The notes beneath the pieces are model-generated. The model saw nothing but the letters and a program-made list of their open reading frames with translations. It made no database searches and was not told where the DNA came from. Both the position numbers and the translations under genes were made by a program. A stretch of DNA of 64,000 bases from Truepera sp. (GTDB taxonomy: Bacteria; Deinococcota; Deinococci; Deinococcales; Trueperaceae): the NCBI GenBank assembly GCA_965218435.1, contig CBDCKW010000009.1:2336001-2400000 (forward strand), given 5' to 3'. Positions 53,349 through 64,000 of the stretch are shown in pieces; the first letter of the stretch is position 1, and every line of letters starts with the position of its first letter.

Positions 53349-54131
53349 GTGCAACTCGTGGCCCTTATCACCCCCGACCAAGCCCTCCGGCAAGCCTTAG
53401 CGCAGTTTCGCAAACCGGCGCTCGGCGTGCTTTTACACCCTGTAACGCCGACTGAGTTCAGCGCCGTAGCCGGAAGTTTGGCCCCGCTCGAGTTTCGCGG
53501 CGCACTCGTCTTGGACGAGCACTTTCACGAAGCCGCCTTCCGCGTCGCGCAGCGGTCGTCTTTGATGGCGCAAGAGACCGGCACCGCCGACGCGCTGACC
53601 GTTTCGTATGGTGGCCTCATCGCCGAATACACGCTCGGGCGGGCGGTCGTCATGGCCTTGCAACAAAAAGGGTGGGACGCGCGCGCGGCGCGGGCGGTCG
53701 TCGTCGGCTCGGGGCCACTCGCACGGGCGGTGTGCCGCGAGGTTTCATCTTTGGGTGCGGCGCATATCACGCTGTTAGCGAGTGACAGCCCCACGGCCGA
53801 ACGCACCCTCGGGTCACTCGCGGCAAGTACCGAATGTACGGCCCGCTCGTACCGCGACCCGCTGATCCCCAGCTATCTCCTCCGCGCCGACCTCTTGGTA
53901 CGGATTGACCCGGTGTTTGAGGTTAACGCGGCCCAAGTCGGTCCTCACCTAAGCGTGGTAGACCTCGCTGCCGAACCCTTAAGTCAGCTCAGGCAGCAAG
54001 CAGTCAGCGTCGGCGCAACCGCCGTCGGGCGGCGCGACGTGCAAGCGTATCAGCTGGCGCTCGGGTTAGAAAATATCCTCGGGGCGCGGGTTCAAGCGAG
54101 CGATTTTCTCGGGGTGTTACATTCGCTCTAA
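53349..54131 (+). CDS. Shikimate-dehydrogenase-like protein, divergent
   Basis: FRGALV, TADAL, VVGSGPLARAV; TATACT-N7-GTG 53349. Confidence 0.65.
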   Translation: MQLVALITPDQALRQALAQFRKPALGVLLHPVTPTEFSAVAGSLAPLEFRGALVLDEHFHEAAFRVAQRSSLMAQETGTADALTVSYGGLIAEYTLGRAVVMALQQKGWDARAARAVVVGSGPLARAVCREVSSLGAAHITLLASDSPTAERTLGSLAASTECTARSYRDPLIPSYLLRADLLVRIDPVFEVNAAQVGPHLSVVDLAAEPLSQLRQQAVSVGATAVGRRDVQAYQLALGLENILGARVQASDFLGVLHSL

Positions 54132-54165
54132 TTCTAACTCAAACAGGTATGAGAGCAAAAACGCG

Positions 54166-55830
54166 TTGTTATATGCGTTTATGAGCTGCTTAGCTCTGTT
54201 GGCTGCCTCTTCGTTTGCGGCGTCTCCCCTCGCAGAATCTAATGTTGTTGGCTCGAGTCCCTATTACGCACTACCGGAAGCCGTCGTTGTCCCGAGCAGC
54301 GAACCGACCTTTAGTTACGGCGGCCAGCGTTACAGCTACGCGGCTGGGTTGGGCTGGCTGGACCTCGAATCCAGTTTAAGTGCGCCTCGGCTCGAGGCGG
54401 GGCAGGTTTACCTGCAAGGTGACGTGCTAGACGCGCTCGGCGTGACGCTGCCCCGGTTGACGGGGGTGCGCTCGAGCGGTGGCGGAACGGTGCGCGTGGT
54501 GTTCGATGTTGCCAATCTAGGCGCAGCTGAGTTGGATTCCCTCAGACAAACCGGGACGACGCGCGGCCCGCTGAACTTGCGGTTTCCGCCGCTGCTCTTG
54601 CCCGCTGATCTACCGGGAAGGCTCGAGAACCTCACCCTTAGCATCGGCGCACCTGGGGCTGAAGGCACGGTACTAAGCCTCACCGGGCCGGAGGCTGTCG
54701 GGCCGCTGCGTTTTGACGTCTTTCCGCTGGCGAACCCGACCCGCCTGGTCGTTGACCTGAACGTCGAGCCGATACCTGAACCGCCTATAGAAGCCACAAA
54801 CGAAGCAGACGATGCTGCGCTCGATTTGCGGGAGCGGTTGCTGGACAGACTTTTAGGGACTAGAACCGGTAAGCGTGACCTCGGCGGCGGCGCGACGCTG
54901 CGCTCGTTCAGCACGGTAACGCTTGCAGGGCGCAGTCAGGTTGACCTCGTAGAAATTGTGCCCAACCGGGGCCGGTTTGCGGTGCAAGGGGGTTCGGCGG
55001 TGCTGCGCACGACTTCTGAACTAACCGGGCGGGCGCTCGTCGGACTTAACGCTTCGTATTTTGACCCGGCGAGCGGGCGGAGCATCGGACTGTTAAAAGA
55101 GCGCGGGGTGCTCGAGTCCCTGCCCAGCCGCAACCGGGCGGTGGTGGGCTTTGGCTTCGGGCAACCGGTCGTCGGGCGGCCCCAAAGCGAGCTGCTCGTC
55201 ACGGTGGCCGGGACGCTGCGCACCATGATAAGCCTCGAGGATGAACGTGTAACGCTCTCTACCGCTTTAGGCGTCGGCGCAGGGGGGCAGGTCGGGAGTC
55301 CGCGCCGGGGGGCAATTGTCGTCTCGGCGACCGGACGGGTGTTAGAAAACAAAGTCGGGCCGCGCCGTGTCCCGACAGGCGGCTTTGTGCTCTCGTATTT
55401 GCCCGAGGTGCGTGCGCTGGCGCTGGTCAACGCCGGGGAGACCTTGAGTTATCGGCTCGAGACCCGTCCCAGCATCTGGCGCTTTGTGCCCGAAGCGGTC
55501 GAGGCGGGGCCGCTCCTCGTTGACGGCGGCCGGAGCGCCTTTAGCCCGGCTCTGGAAGCGTTTGATACCGAGGACCCGGAGAGTAACATCAACCGCCGCA
55601 CGACCCGCGCCGCGCTGGGCGTCCGGGCCGACGGCACGGTTTTGCTGCTCGTCGCCACCAACATGACTGCCGGAGAACTCGCGCCGCTCCTTTTAGACCT
55701 CCGCGCCGAGAGTGCCCTGCAACTCGATTCAGGCGGGAGCAGCACGCTCGTAGTAAACGGTGAAGTGCTCAACCGTCCGGCGGGTTTACAGCGTAAAGTT
55801 GCCACCGTCATTACCTATACGCCGTACTAA
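54166..55830 (+). CDS. Secreted phosphodiester glycosidase (NAGPA/DUF2233) family protein
   Basis: LNASYF, AGPLLV, RAALG, LQLDSGGSS; signal peptide; start uncertain. Confidence 0.82.
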   Translation: MLYAFMSCLALLAASSFAASPLAESNVVGSSPYYALPEAVVVPSSEPTFSYGGQRYSYAAGLGWLDLESSLSAPRLEAGQVYLQGDVLDALGVTLPRLTGVRSSGGGTVRVVFDVANLGAAELDSLRQTGTTRGPLNLRFPPLLLPADLPGRLENLTLSIGAPGAEGTVLSLTGPEAVGPLRFDVFPLANPTRLVVDLNVEPIPEPPIEATNEADDAALDLRERLLDRLLGTRTGKRDLGGGATLRSFSTVTLAGRSQVDLVEIVPNRGRFAVQGGSAVLRTTSELTGRALVGLNASYFDPASGRSIGLLKERGVLESLPSRNRAVVGFGFGQPVVGRPQSELLVTVAGTLRTMISLEDERVTLSTALGVGAGGQVGSPRRGAIVVSATGRVLENKVGPRRVPTGGFVLSYLPEVRALALVNAGETLSYRLETRPSIWRFVPEAVEAGPLLVDGGRSAFSPALEAFDTEDPESNINRRTTRAALGVRADGTVLLLVATNMTAGELAPLLLDLRAESALQLDSGGSSTLVVNGEVLNRPAGLQRKVATVITYTPY

Positions 55831-55845
55831 ACCAAGCTGACAGAG

Positions 55846-55877
55846 CTTACGCCGGTGATAAGGTTTCACCGGCGAAG
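55846..55877 (+). terminator. Hairpin after the NAGPA gene
   Basis: CGCCGGTGA-TAAGGTT-TCACCGGCG. Confidence 0.55.
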
Positions 55878-56257
55878 GTAACGTGCTGCTTTCGGTGGCC
55901 TTGCCAACCTCGGCGCAGCTTTTGCATGTTCAGCGTCGGAGACGTTCACAACAAAACCCATAAGGTGGTTGATCTCCGATAAGGCGGTGACTGAGGCGTA
56001 AGAACTTCGCGGTAATCCATAGGCGTAAGCCCTGATTAACTGACGCCTTTACTACAATGTCCAGACCGGTGCGTTACACTTAAAAAGGTGGAGACAGCAA
56101 AAGGTGAAAATAACCAAGTGCGGGGTCGTTAGACACTCTTTAGGCTGCTCGGCTATCGGTAGTCGGATAAGCAGAGTAGGGCACGGTGAGGGGTGGGAGC
56201 CCAAGTGCAGCACTGCGCGGCGCACACATGTTACCGAACCCAGGGCTGCTAGTAAGC

Positions 56258-56306
56258 GTGCCGTAATCAAGGGTGCCGTAAACCAACGGGCCGTAATCAA
56301 GGGTGC
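56258..56306 (+). repeat. Imperfect 15-bp tandem repeat, about 3 copies
   Basis: GTGCCGTAATCAAGG GTGCCGTAAACCAAC GGGCCGTAATCAAGG GTGC. Confidence 0.85.
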
Positions 56307-56312
56307 GGCGCG

Positions 56313-56900
56313 GTGACCCTGTTTACAGCGGTTACGCAGAAGTTAAGGGAAGCTGAGCTGTTCCAGAGCCTGCTCGTCGTGTTCATCGTTCTCGTACTGG
56401 CGCTGGTATTTTCTTGGCCGGAGACCGGCGTCGCCAACCATTCATGGATGAACGTCGCTCAGGTGCGGAGTGTGTTGTTTATGCTCTTTGCGGTCGGGTT
56501 TGGCGCAGCAGCAGCCAGGGCGCGGGTGGGACAGCTCGAGACCCTTTTGGCGTGGTGGCTGCTCGCCGCTCTCAGCTTGCCGATTGAAGCGTTTGCCTAC
56601 GCCGCTTCGTATCCGGACGCGCCAGTATGGTGGTTTGCCGCGCAACCCCTGTTAGACGTCGGGGCGTATTTTGGCATCGGCCTACTGTTCGGGCAACTCA
56701 TCCGGCGGTTGCCGGTGCTTTTGCCGCTGCTCCCCTTTGTCGTCTTGGCGGCTCTGATCGGCCTCAGTTCGGCGCTCGAGGCTCCGGCTCTCAATCCACT
56801 GGCCGCCGCGCAGCTCTCGTGGCCACACCTATTTATCACGGCGCTCCTCACTCTGGCGACGCTGATTTTTTGTATTCGCAGCCAGATAGCAGTAGAGTAG
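56313..56900 (+). CDS. Hypothetical integral membrane protein
   Basis: About 6 hydrophobic segments. Confidence 0.7.
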   Translation: MTLFTAVTQKLREAELFQSLLVVFIVLVLALVFSWPETGVANHSWMNVAQVRSVLFMLFAVGFGAAAARARVGQLETLLAWWLLAALSLPIEAFAYAASYPDAPVWWFAAQPLLDVGAYFGIGLLFGQLIRRLPVLLPLLPFVVLAALIGLSSALEAPALNPLAAAQLSWPHLFITALLTLATLIFCIRSQIAVE

Positions 56901-56903
56901 GGA

Positions 56904-58571
56904 ATGCAAATTAGAGCGTCTCGGCGGCAGACTTCGGCGCAGACGGGGCGACGCCCGCACAAGGTTTTGGCGCGGCACTGGGCGTTGCAGCGGCGGCTCG
57001 TGACAGGCGGCGTGCTGGCGCTAGCCGTATCGGTGTTAGCGTGGCTTTTCGGCGCACCTTTACCCATGCATCTTGGACTTACCCTAGTAGGGTTTGGCGC
57101 GGGCTTTTTTTGGCGGTTTACCGCGGTGGGTCGCCGCGCGGAACGTTGGGCCTTCTCCTGGATCGAGGATCGCGCGGGCCTGTCGTATCTGACCGCCTAT
57201 GAACTCCCCCAAGCCGACGCCGAAGTCAACTCCGAAACCGACCCTGCGACTGGGTTTGGCGAGGCAGTGCGGGCGCGGGCGGCGCAAGTCGGGCGGCTCG
57301 AGACTCCTTCGTTGCAACCGTGGGCGCTGCCACTGATCGTGTTGGCCTTGGCGCTCGCCGCCCTGCCCCACCTCGTTTTACCGACCTGGCGGGCTCCGCT
57401 TGCCCCCCTGACCGAACGGCTGCCTTTTCCCACGCCGCAAACCGACCTACCGGCACCCGAAGATGCGCTGGCAGCGGCCCCTAAACCTAGAACGGGGACA
57501 ACACCCAGTGCGCCCGAAACCGGGACGGAAACCGGTCAAGAGAGTACCGACACCCCCGGCGACTCCGGTACCGACAGCTCGGACACCGGCGCGAGTTTCA
57601 ACGACGCTGCGGCTCCCTCTGAAGGTGGCGCTGCTACAGGCGAGCGGGCGGCGCTCGAGAATTTTCTCGAGCAGAGCGGTGCCGCGCAAACCGGCGCGTC
57701 TCAGGCGAACCAAGAAGGTGTACCGCAGCGCGGTTTGCCGCAGGCCAACCCACCGCAAACTGCCGCGTCCCCAATAGAGACGGCCCAGACAGATGCTTCA
57801 CAAACAGACACTTCGCAAGCAGGTACTTCACAGTCTGCGCCGCCAGGTGGCGGAGGAGATCAGGCTCAGAGCGGGCAGCGTCCGGCTGAAACCGGCTCAG
57901 CCCAGCCGAGCGCGAGCAACACCTCAGGCGATACACCAAACAACCGGGGCGGCGCAACCGCCCCCGGTGAGGGAAGTTCGGTCGGACGCGAGGCAAAAGC
58001 AAAGTCTGACGTGGGACAGAACCCAGAACAGAACTCGGGTCAAAACGCCGGTCAAGAGGGGGCAGCGCAAGCTGAAACGCCGGGCAGCGCCGACGAAAGT
58101 GCGCAAGAGAGCTCGAGCCAGAGCGCCCAACCGCCTCAGGCGCAAGCTGACAGCCCTCAATCAGGCTTACAGCAGGCGTCTCAAGCCGGGGTGGACGCCG
58201 CTCAGAACAGCTCGGCGTCAAGTCAAGGTTCAAACGCTCAGCGCAGCGCCGCACCCGACGCAGGCAACCAGGCGTCCGGGGACGCTACCGACGGGGCCAG
58301 CAGCAACCGCGCCGGTACTCGTGCGGGGGGCGACATCGCCAGCAGCCGCGAACGGCTCGGCAACACGTCTCCCCAAACACCCGAGCGGGTCACCGGTTCG
58401 CGTCAAGACGGGCCGCTGAGCTTTGCCGGTGAGACGCTCCGGCAGGGCGACGCGCCGGACGCGTTGCCGCAAAACGGCAGCGCCGCCTACCGCAGGGCCG
58501 CTGAAGAGGTCATCCGTGAGGGCCGGATTCCGCTCGAGTATCAAGAGATTGTCCGCGACTACTTCCGCTGA
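56904..58571 (+). CDS. Membrane-anchored protein with a long Q/S/G/A disordered region
   Basis: N-terminal TM segments, low-complexity stalk, C-terminal AEEVIREGRIPLEYQEIVRDYF. Confidence 0.75.
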   Translation: MQIRASRRQTSAQTGRRPHKVLARHWALQRRLVTGGVLALAVSVLAWLFGAPLPMHLGLTLVGFGAGFFWRFTAVGRRAERWAFSWIEDRAGLSYLTAYELPQADAEVNSETDPATGFGEAVRARAAQVGRLETPSLQPWALPLIVLALALAALPHLVLPTWRAPLAPLTERLPFPTPQTDLPAPEDALAAAPKPRTGTTPSAPETGTETGQESTDTPGDSGTDSSDTGASFNDAAAPSEGGAATGERAALENFLEQSGAAQTGASQANQEGVPQRGLPQANPPQTAASPIETAQTDASQTDTSQAGTSQSAPPGGGGDQAQSGQRPAETGSAQPSASNTSGDTPNNRGGATAPGEGSSVGREAKAKSDVGQNPEQNSGQNAGQEGAAQAETPGSADESAQESSSQSAQPPQAQADSPQSGLQQASQAGVDAAQNSSASSQGSNAQRSAAPDAGNQASGDATDGASSNRAGTRAGGDIASSRERLGNTSPQTPERVTGSRQDGPLSFAGETLRQGDAPDALPQNGSAAYRRAAEEVIREGRIPLEYQEIVRDYFR

Positions 58572-58973
58572 TCGGCCGGGGCTCAGTTAGGGCGTTCGTA
58601 GCAAGCCGTATCAAAGAAGTGAGCATAGAGAAGTCAGTATCCAGTGGTTACCGGTTTAGTCAAGACGATGACCGAGACACCAGCGTCTTTCACGTACTCA
58701 AATCACCGTAAAAGGACAGATTGGTACGGTCAAAGTTGAGCTCGAGCTTAGTCATGATTTTTCAGTGAAGTGACGCAGCAATCTTCAGACATCTAAGTCG
58801 TAAACGTCTAAATCGCAAGGTGACGTGCCCCAACCGACCGCATCAATGAGCAGCTTGGGCAAGTAAGTCGGGGCCGGCAGAATTTACGGCGATTTACGGC
58901 GATTGCCAATTGTACGGTGCGCCGTTTCACAGCTTCTAAAATGTCCGTTACGCTGTGCTGGGAGGCAACATAG

Positions 58974-59546
58974 ATGAAACGCATATTTTTACTTACGGCG
59001 CTCAGTTTAACCGGCTTAACCCTTGCGCAGTCCAACACCCAGTCGGGTGGCGCTGGGGCCGACGCGGTTCCGGCGCAGCTCGGCGCGTCCGCCGTGCTTA
59101 AAAACGTTCAGGGCAAGGTTGTCGGCAACGTGAACTTTACCAGCCCAACGAACAGCGACAGCTACGTCACCGTGCAGGTCGGTATCCGGCCGGACGCTAA
59201 CCTCCAACCCGGCGAGTACGGCTTTCATATCCATCAAGTCGGCAAGTGTACGCCGACGTTTGATGCGGCGGGCGACCACCTCAACCCTGAAGGCAAAGAG
59301 CACGGCCTGCTTAACCCCAAAGGTCCGCACGCGGGCGACCTGCCCAACGTCGTGATCCGCCAAGACGGAACGACGACCTACGCGGTCAATACAAAGCTTT
59401 TTACCCTCGAGCCCGGTGGCGCGGTTTTTGATCAGGACGGCAGCGCGGTAATCCTTCACGCCCAAGCCGACGACTACGTGACCGACCCGTCGGGCAACAG
59501 CGGCAGCCGGATTGCGTGCGGCGTTATCGAGCAAGAAAACCCGTAG
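58974..59546 (+). CDS. sodC: Cu/Zn superoxide dismutase, exported
   Basis: GFHIH, GDHLNP, HG, HAGDLPN, ILHA, GSRIACG. Confidence 0.95.
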   Translation: MKRIFLLTALSLTGLTLAQSNTQSGGAGADAVPAQLGASAVLKNVQGKVVGNVNFTSPTNSDSYVTVQVGIRPDANLQPGEYGFHIHQVGKCTPTFDAAGDHLNPEGKEHGLLNPKGPHAGDLPNVVIRQDGTTTYAVNTKLFTLEPGGAVFDQDGSAVILHAQADDYVTDPSGNSGSRIACGVIEQENP

Positions 59547-59568
59547 TTTCAGCTGAAAGAACTCTCGG

Positions 59569-61698
59569 TCAGCTCGAGAGTCCCTCTAAGACCTCGAGCC
59601 GCCCCAGTTCTCTTAAAGACCCGCTTACCTCATCTAACAGCGCCAGCCGGTTACGGCGCAGCGCGTTGTCGTCAACCATCACCAGCACATTGTCTAAAAA
59701 GGCGTCGAGCGGCGCTTTGAGCGCCAGAATCTCGGGCAGCCCGGGCAGGTTTTTAAGCTCGTGTGTCGGCCCACCCCCGAGGTCCCACGGCGTCAGCTCT
59801 TGTTGCACCGCCCCGAGCAGTTCCTCTAAGGCCCCCTTCGCTTCTGGAATGGCGTCGTAAAGTGGCTGCTCATAGGGGCTCGAGAACTTTTTAGGGTTGA
59901 TTTCGGTTTCCGCGCCCAACTGTTTGGCGAGGTTGGCGGCGCGTTTGTAAAGTTGCAGCAGCGGTTCAAACTCTGCCTCTCGGCTGAGCGCCTTGAGGAG
60001 ATGCGCACGTCTGCTCGCGGTAATAACCGGCGGCGCGTCGGCGGTGACCGCCCGGACGAGGGTTGCTGGGACGTGCTCGAGCTCGAGCAACCCTGCTGCC
60101 CTATCCCAGACAAAGGCAACGACACTATTGAGCGTTTCAGCGGTCACCGCAGGCGTGCCTCCTTCATAAGCCTCCGCCGCAGCGCGTACCAACTCAGCCA
60201 AGCTGACGCGCCAGCCCTGCGCGTTCAAAATGCGGGCGACGGCCACTGCGTCACGCCGTAAACCAAAGGGGTCGGCTGAACCCGAAGGCCGCTGACCGAG
60301 CGCAAAAAAGCCCAGCAGTTTATCTAACCGGTCGGCGAGCGAGAGCACTGCGCCCACTTTAGAAGCTGGCAAAGGGCCGCCGGAAGTAACGGGCCGGACA
60401 CCGGACTCGAGCGCCTCGGCGACCTCCGCGCTCTGCCCCTCAGCGAGGGCGTAGGCGCGGCCGATCACGCCCTCTAACTCAGGGAGTTCGTCAACCATCT
60501 GCGTCGCCAAATCCGCTTTATAGATGGGCAAGGCCCCGCTGAGCGTTTCTTTTTCGGTAGGGCTCAGGTGGATCAGCTCAGCGAGCGCGAGGGCGGCGGT
60601 GTGCGTCCGCGCCACCTTGTCGGCCATCGTCCCGAGGCCCTTGTGAAAGCCGACGCCCGAGAGCGCCCACGCGTGTTGCGACAACGAGCGGCTGCGGTCG
60701 GCGTCCCAAAAAAACTGCGCGTCGTAGAGGCGCGGATTGAGCGCCCCTTCATAGCCGCGCCGGACGAGCGCCGGGTCGGGCACGTTATTATTTGAGACTC
60801 CGACGAAAAAAGGGGCTAGAGTTCCGTTCGTGCGGCGAGTCGGAAAAAACCGCTGATGGTGAATCATCGTCGTCGCCAAGACCTCTTCGGGCAGTGACAG
60901 GTAGCGTTCATCAAAGTGTCCCAAAATGGCGTAGGGAGCCTCGAGCAAATCTGCTACCTCCTCCAGCAAGCCCGGTGCTTGACACAGCGTTAGATCTTTT
61001 TGTGCAGCAGCGTCTTGGGCAGCATTTAGGGTCGCGGCGCGGCGCTCGTCTTGGTCAGCGATTACGGCAGCTCGGCCCAACACCGTGTCGTAGTCTGCGG
61101 CGTGGGCAAGCTCGAGCACTCCTTCACCCAAAAAACGGTGGCCGCGCGTCGTCCGCCCGGACGTCACCCCGGCACTAGAAAGGGGGAGCACCACGTCATC
61201 TAAAAGTGCTACGAGCCACGCCACCGGCCGCAAAAAAGGCGTGTCAACCTCGCCCCAACGCATCTTGCGCGGCGCGGGCAGGTCGCGTACCAGGTCGCTG
61301 AGGAGCGGCGGGAGCAACTCGGATACAGGTTCGCCGCCCAGCATTCTACGGACGAAGACGTAGGCTCCTTTCTCGGTTTGTTGGACAAAAAGTTCAGACG
61401 GCTCGACGCCGTTCGCTTTGGCGAAGCCTGCCGCCGCTTTGGTCGGGGTGCCGTCTTCAGCGAACGCCGCGCTGACCGCCGGACCCCGTTTAAGTTCTTC
61501 ACGCAGTGCGCTCTGCTCAGCTAAACCTTCAACCAGCACCGCCAAGCGGCGCGGCGTTCCGAAGCTGCGAACGCGTTCAAACGTTACGCCCGCTGCGGTG
61601 AGGCGTTCACCCGCGAGCCGCGCCAAGCCTACGCGCCCCTGCGACACATACCAGCTCGGCAGCTCTTCGGTCCCGATTTCAAACAGTAAGGTCGCCAC
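59569..61698 (-). CDS. glyS: Glycine--tRNA ligase beta subunit
   Basis: LFEIGTEELP, TPRRLA, GSADPFGLRR, RRNRLALL. Confidence 0.96.
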   Translation of the reverse strand: MATLLFEIGTEELPSWYVSQGRVGLARLAGERLTAAGVTFERVRSFGTPRRLAVLVEGLAEQSALREELKRGPAVSAAFAEDGTPTKAAAGFAKANGVEPSELFVQQTEKGAYVFVRRMLGGEPVSELLPPLLSDLVRDLPAPRKMRWGEVDTPFLRPVAWLVALLDDVVLPLSSAGVTSGRTTRGHRFLGEGVLELAHAADYDTVLGRAAVIADQDERRAATLNAAQDAAAQKDLTLCQAPGLLEEVADLLEAPYAILGHFDERYLSLPEEVLATTMIHHQRFFPTRRTNGTLAPFFVGVSNNNVPDPALVRRGYEGALNPRLYDAQFFWDADRSRSLSQHAWALSGVGFHKGLGTMADKVARTHTAALALAELIHLSPTEKETLSGALPIYKADLATQMVDELPELEGVIGRAYALAEGQSAEVAEALESGVRPVTSGGPLPASKVGAVLSLADRLDKLLGFFALGQRPSGSADPFGLRRDAVAVARILNAQGWRVSLAELVRAAAEAYEGGTPAVTAETLNSVVAFVWDRAAGLLELEHVPATLVRAVTADAPPVITASRRAHLLKALSREAEFEPLLQLYKRAANLAKQLGAETEINPKKFSSPYEQPLYDAIPEAKGALEELLGAVQQELTPWDLGGGPTHELKNLPGLPEILALKAPLDAFLDNVLVMVDDNALRRNRLALLDEVSGSLRELGRLEVLEGLSS

Positions 61699-62570
61699 TA
61701 CGCGGCCTCCGCTTCGGCGCTACCAGAGAGAAAACTGAGATAGCGTTGGGCCGTCCCTTCCGAAAGTCGCCGGAGCCGCTGCACGTAGTTTTGGCGCTCC
61801 ATATGTGAGAGCACGCCGCGCGCGTCGAGTAAGTTAAAGGCGTGCGAGGCTTTCATGACAAACTCGTAACCAGGATAGATGAGGTCAAGCTCTAAAAGCC
61901 GCTGCGCCTCCCCTTCAAACGACCCGAACAGCTCACGCTGCAACCCCGCGTTCACCTGCGTAAAGTTGTAGGTGCTGCTCTGGATTTCAAAGTCGCGGCG
62001 CAGATCACCGATGGTGACACCGGGCGCGTACTCGACGTCAAAGCCGTGCGCGGCCCCCTGCAGGTACATGGCGAGGCGCTCTAAACCATACGTCAGCTCA
62101 ACTGAGACAGGTTTAAGGTCAACCCCGCCGACCTGCTGAAAATAGGTAAACTGCGTCACTTCCATCCCGTCCATCTGCACTTCCCAGCCGAGGCCCCACG
62201 CACCTAAACTGGGTTGTTCCCAATTGTCTTCGACAAAGCGGATGTCGTGCTCGTGCGGGTCAATGCCGAGCGTGTAGAGGGAATCTAAATACTGCTGCTG
62301 CACATCAGCTGGTGAAGGCTTTAGCAGAACTTGATACTGAAAGAAATACTGAAAGCGGTAGGGGTTTTCGCCGTAACGCCCGTCGGCGGGGCGACGTGAG
62401 GGTGCGACGTAAGCGGCTCGCCACGGTTCCGGCCCGAGTGCCTTAAGAAACGTTGACGGGTAAAACGTCCCCGCGCCGACCTCGGTATCGTAGGGCTGAA
62501 CGATCACACAGCCGCGCTCAGCCCAGTAGTTTGTAAGCTTTAAGATCATCTCTTGAAAAACCATCGTCAC
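61698..62570 (-). CDS. glyQ: Glycine--tRNA ligase alpha subunit
   Basis: [34 protein letters not shown]. Confidence 0.97.
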   Translation of the reverse strand: MTMVFQEMILKLTNYWAERGCVIVQPYDTEVGAGTFYPSTFLKALGPEPWRAAYVAPSRRPADGRYGENPYRFQYFFQYQVLLKPSPADVQQQYLDSLYTLGIDPHEHDIRFVEDNWEQPSLGAWGLGWEVQMDGMEVTQFTYFQQVGGVDLKPVSVELTYGLERLAMYLQGAAHGFDVEYAPGVTIGDLRRDFEIQSSTYNFTQVNAGLQRELFGSFEGEAQRLLELDLIYPGYEFVMKASHAFNLLDARGVLSHMERQNYVQRLRRLSEGTAQRYLSFLSGSAEAEAA

Positions 62571-62614
62571 CTTTCAAACCGGCGTCCAGCCGGACCGTAC
62601 CTACGTACGCCCTA

Positions 62615-62643
62615 CACCTGTATGTTCTGCACCTGTATGTTCT
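62615..62643. repeat. 15-bp-period tandem duplication upstream of glyQ
   Basis: CACCTGTATGTTCT-G-CACCTGTATGTTCT. Confidence 0.9.
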
Positions 62644-62930
62644 ATACCTAAGTTTGACCGGGTATGAACCTCTCATGAAGGTCTGCTTAACCCAGTTCCG
62701 GCAGTTTGTAAGAAACATGCAAGAGCTGCGAGGTTAAGATGACAGAGAGGGTCGCCGTACATAAGGGTTATTCTATCCCTGAAGGTTCTAGCCAACTAGA
62801 ACGTAATGGACGACCTTCCCGGTTCCCTGTTGACCGCGTAGTATACCATCATGGATAACACGTTCTCGCTGCGTTTTCGGAGCATAGGTAGGACGCAGAA
62901 GCCCACGCAGACGTTGGAAAGGGGCGACCT

Positions 62931-64000
62931 TTGAACCGCTATGATGACCGCGCCCGCCTGGTGTTCCACTTTGCCAGAGAAGAAGGTTCGAAACTCGGCC
63001 ACGCGATGATTGGTCCTGAACATCTGCTCTTAGGACTGATGCGCGAAGGTGGCAACGCCAGCCGCGTTTTAGCCGATTTCGGCGCGACCCTAGAGGGCCT
63101 GCGCCGCCAAGTTGAAGAGATGGTCGGCCGGGGTGACGGCTTGCCCCGTAATGAAACGGCCGCCATCACGCCGCGTGCGCGGCGCGTGATGGAGTTGGCC
63201 GGGAGTGAAGCCCGTAGTCTGGGCTCAAATGTGATCGCCACCGAACACATCTTGCTCGGTATTATCCGCGAGGGTGACGGGGTGGCGTACCGCATCTTGC
63301 AGCAACTGACCCGCGACGTAGACACGGTACGTTGGCGCATCTTGGCTGCCGCCGACCCCAAAGCGCAAAACGAAGTTGTCAACACCCCGTTTTTAGACGA
63401 GTACGCCCGCGACCTCACCAAAGAGGCGCGTGAAGGCAAACTCGACCCGGTCATCGGCCGCACCGAAGAGATTCGCCGCGTGATTCAAATCTTGTCACGC
63501 CGGAACAAAAACAACCCGGTTTTAATCGGGGAGCCGGGGGTCGGTAAAACCGCTATCGTCGAGGGGCTCGCGCAGTCCATCACCGAGGGGCGCGTCCCAC
63601 CGAACCTACGCAATATCCGCGTCTTATCTATAGATTTATCGAATATCGTTGCCGGAACCAAATACCGGGGCGAGTTTGAGGAGCGCCTCCGGCAGGTCAT
63701 CGAAGAGTTACGCAGTGCCCGCGTGGTCGCCTTTATCGACGAGCTGCACACGCTCGTCGGGGCAGGTGGCGCAGAAGGTACGCTCGACGCGGCCAATATC
63801 TTAAAACCGCCGCTTTCACGCGGTGAGGTTCAGGTCATTGGCGCAACGACGACCGGTGAATACCACCGCTACATCGAAAAAGATGCTGCGTTAGAACGCC
63901 GGTTTCAACCGGTGATCGTGCTCGAGCCCTCCCCTGAAGAAACTTTGGAGATCATGCACGGCCTCCGCGAACGTTACGAAACCCACCACGGCGTCCTCAT
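62931..64000 (+). CDS. clpC: ATP-dependent Clp protease ATP-binding subunit (3' truncated by window edge; absent from ORF track)
   Basis: TTG start, [49 protein letters not shown]. Confidence 0.95.
   Translation, partial: MNRYDDRARLVFHFAREEGSKLGHAMIGPEHLLLGLMREGGNASRVLADFGATLEGLRRQVEEMVGRGDGLPRNETAAITPRARRVMELAGSEARSLGSNVIATEHILLGIIREGDGVAYRILQQLTRDVDTVRWRILAAADPKAQNEVVNTPFLDEYARDLTKEAREGKLDPVIGRTEEIRRVIQILSRRNKNNPVLIGEPGVGKTAIVEGLAQSITEGRVPPNLRNIRVLSIDLSNIVAGTKYRGEFEERLRQVIEELRSARVVAFIDELHTLVGAGGAEGTLDAANILKPPLSRGEVQVIGATTTGEYHRYIEKDAALERRFQPVIVLEPSPEETLEIMHGLRERYETHHGVL

Noticed and set aside
56258..56306. CRISPR array
   Set aside because: 15-bp units without spacers; no cas genes.
57463..58544. 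Alternative-frame and antisense ORFs over the low-complexity gene (and similar shadows elsewhere)
   Set aside because: Expected shadow ORFs of GC-rich coding DNA, with no independent signals.
62571..62930. T-box riboswitch upstream of glyQS
   Set aside because: No GGTGGNACCGCG-like T-box or convincing stem I on the minus strand; only a 15-bp duplication was seen.

Overview
Bacterial chromosomal window, most likely from a Deinococcota (Truepera-like) genome. This is inferred from Deinococcus-type ClpC, DUF3084-lptB, split nitrilase+NadE, type-2 IPP isomerase, and pervasive TANNNT -10 boxes placed 5-8 nt before start codons. Housekeeping genes (tyrS, thrS, glyQS, gnd-zwf, nadE, phoBR/phoU, deoC, fni, sodC, clpC) are interspersed with small accessory genes: toxin-antitoxin pairs, a HEPN protein, hydrolases, VOC and GNAT proteins, several of them decayed. 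No rRNA, tRNA, CRISPR array, transposase or integrase was seen. The most notable signal is a YtkA-like lipoprotein / His-rich exported peptide ending in RAPP / CcoG-NapH-like membrane ferredoxin module. There the RAPP codons can base-pair with the downstream Shine-Dalgarno, which suggests a metal-responsive ribosome-arrest switch. Also notable: CTCGAG is about 7-8x over-represented (HIP1-like); a TA pair is bracketed by a duplicated gene 3' end that starts at CTCGAG; and matching Pho boxes lie before phoB and phoU. All family calls come from motif recognition by eye, not database searches.
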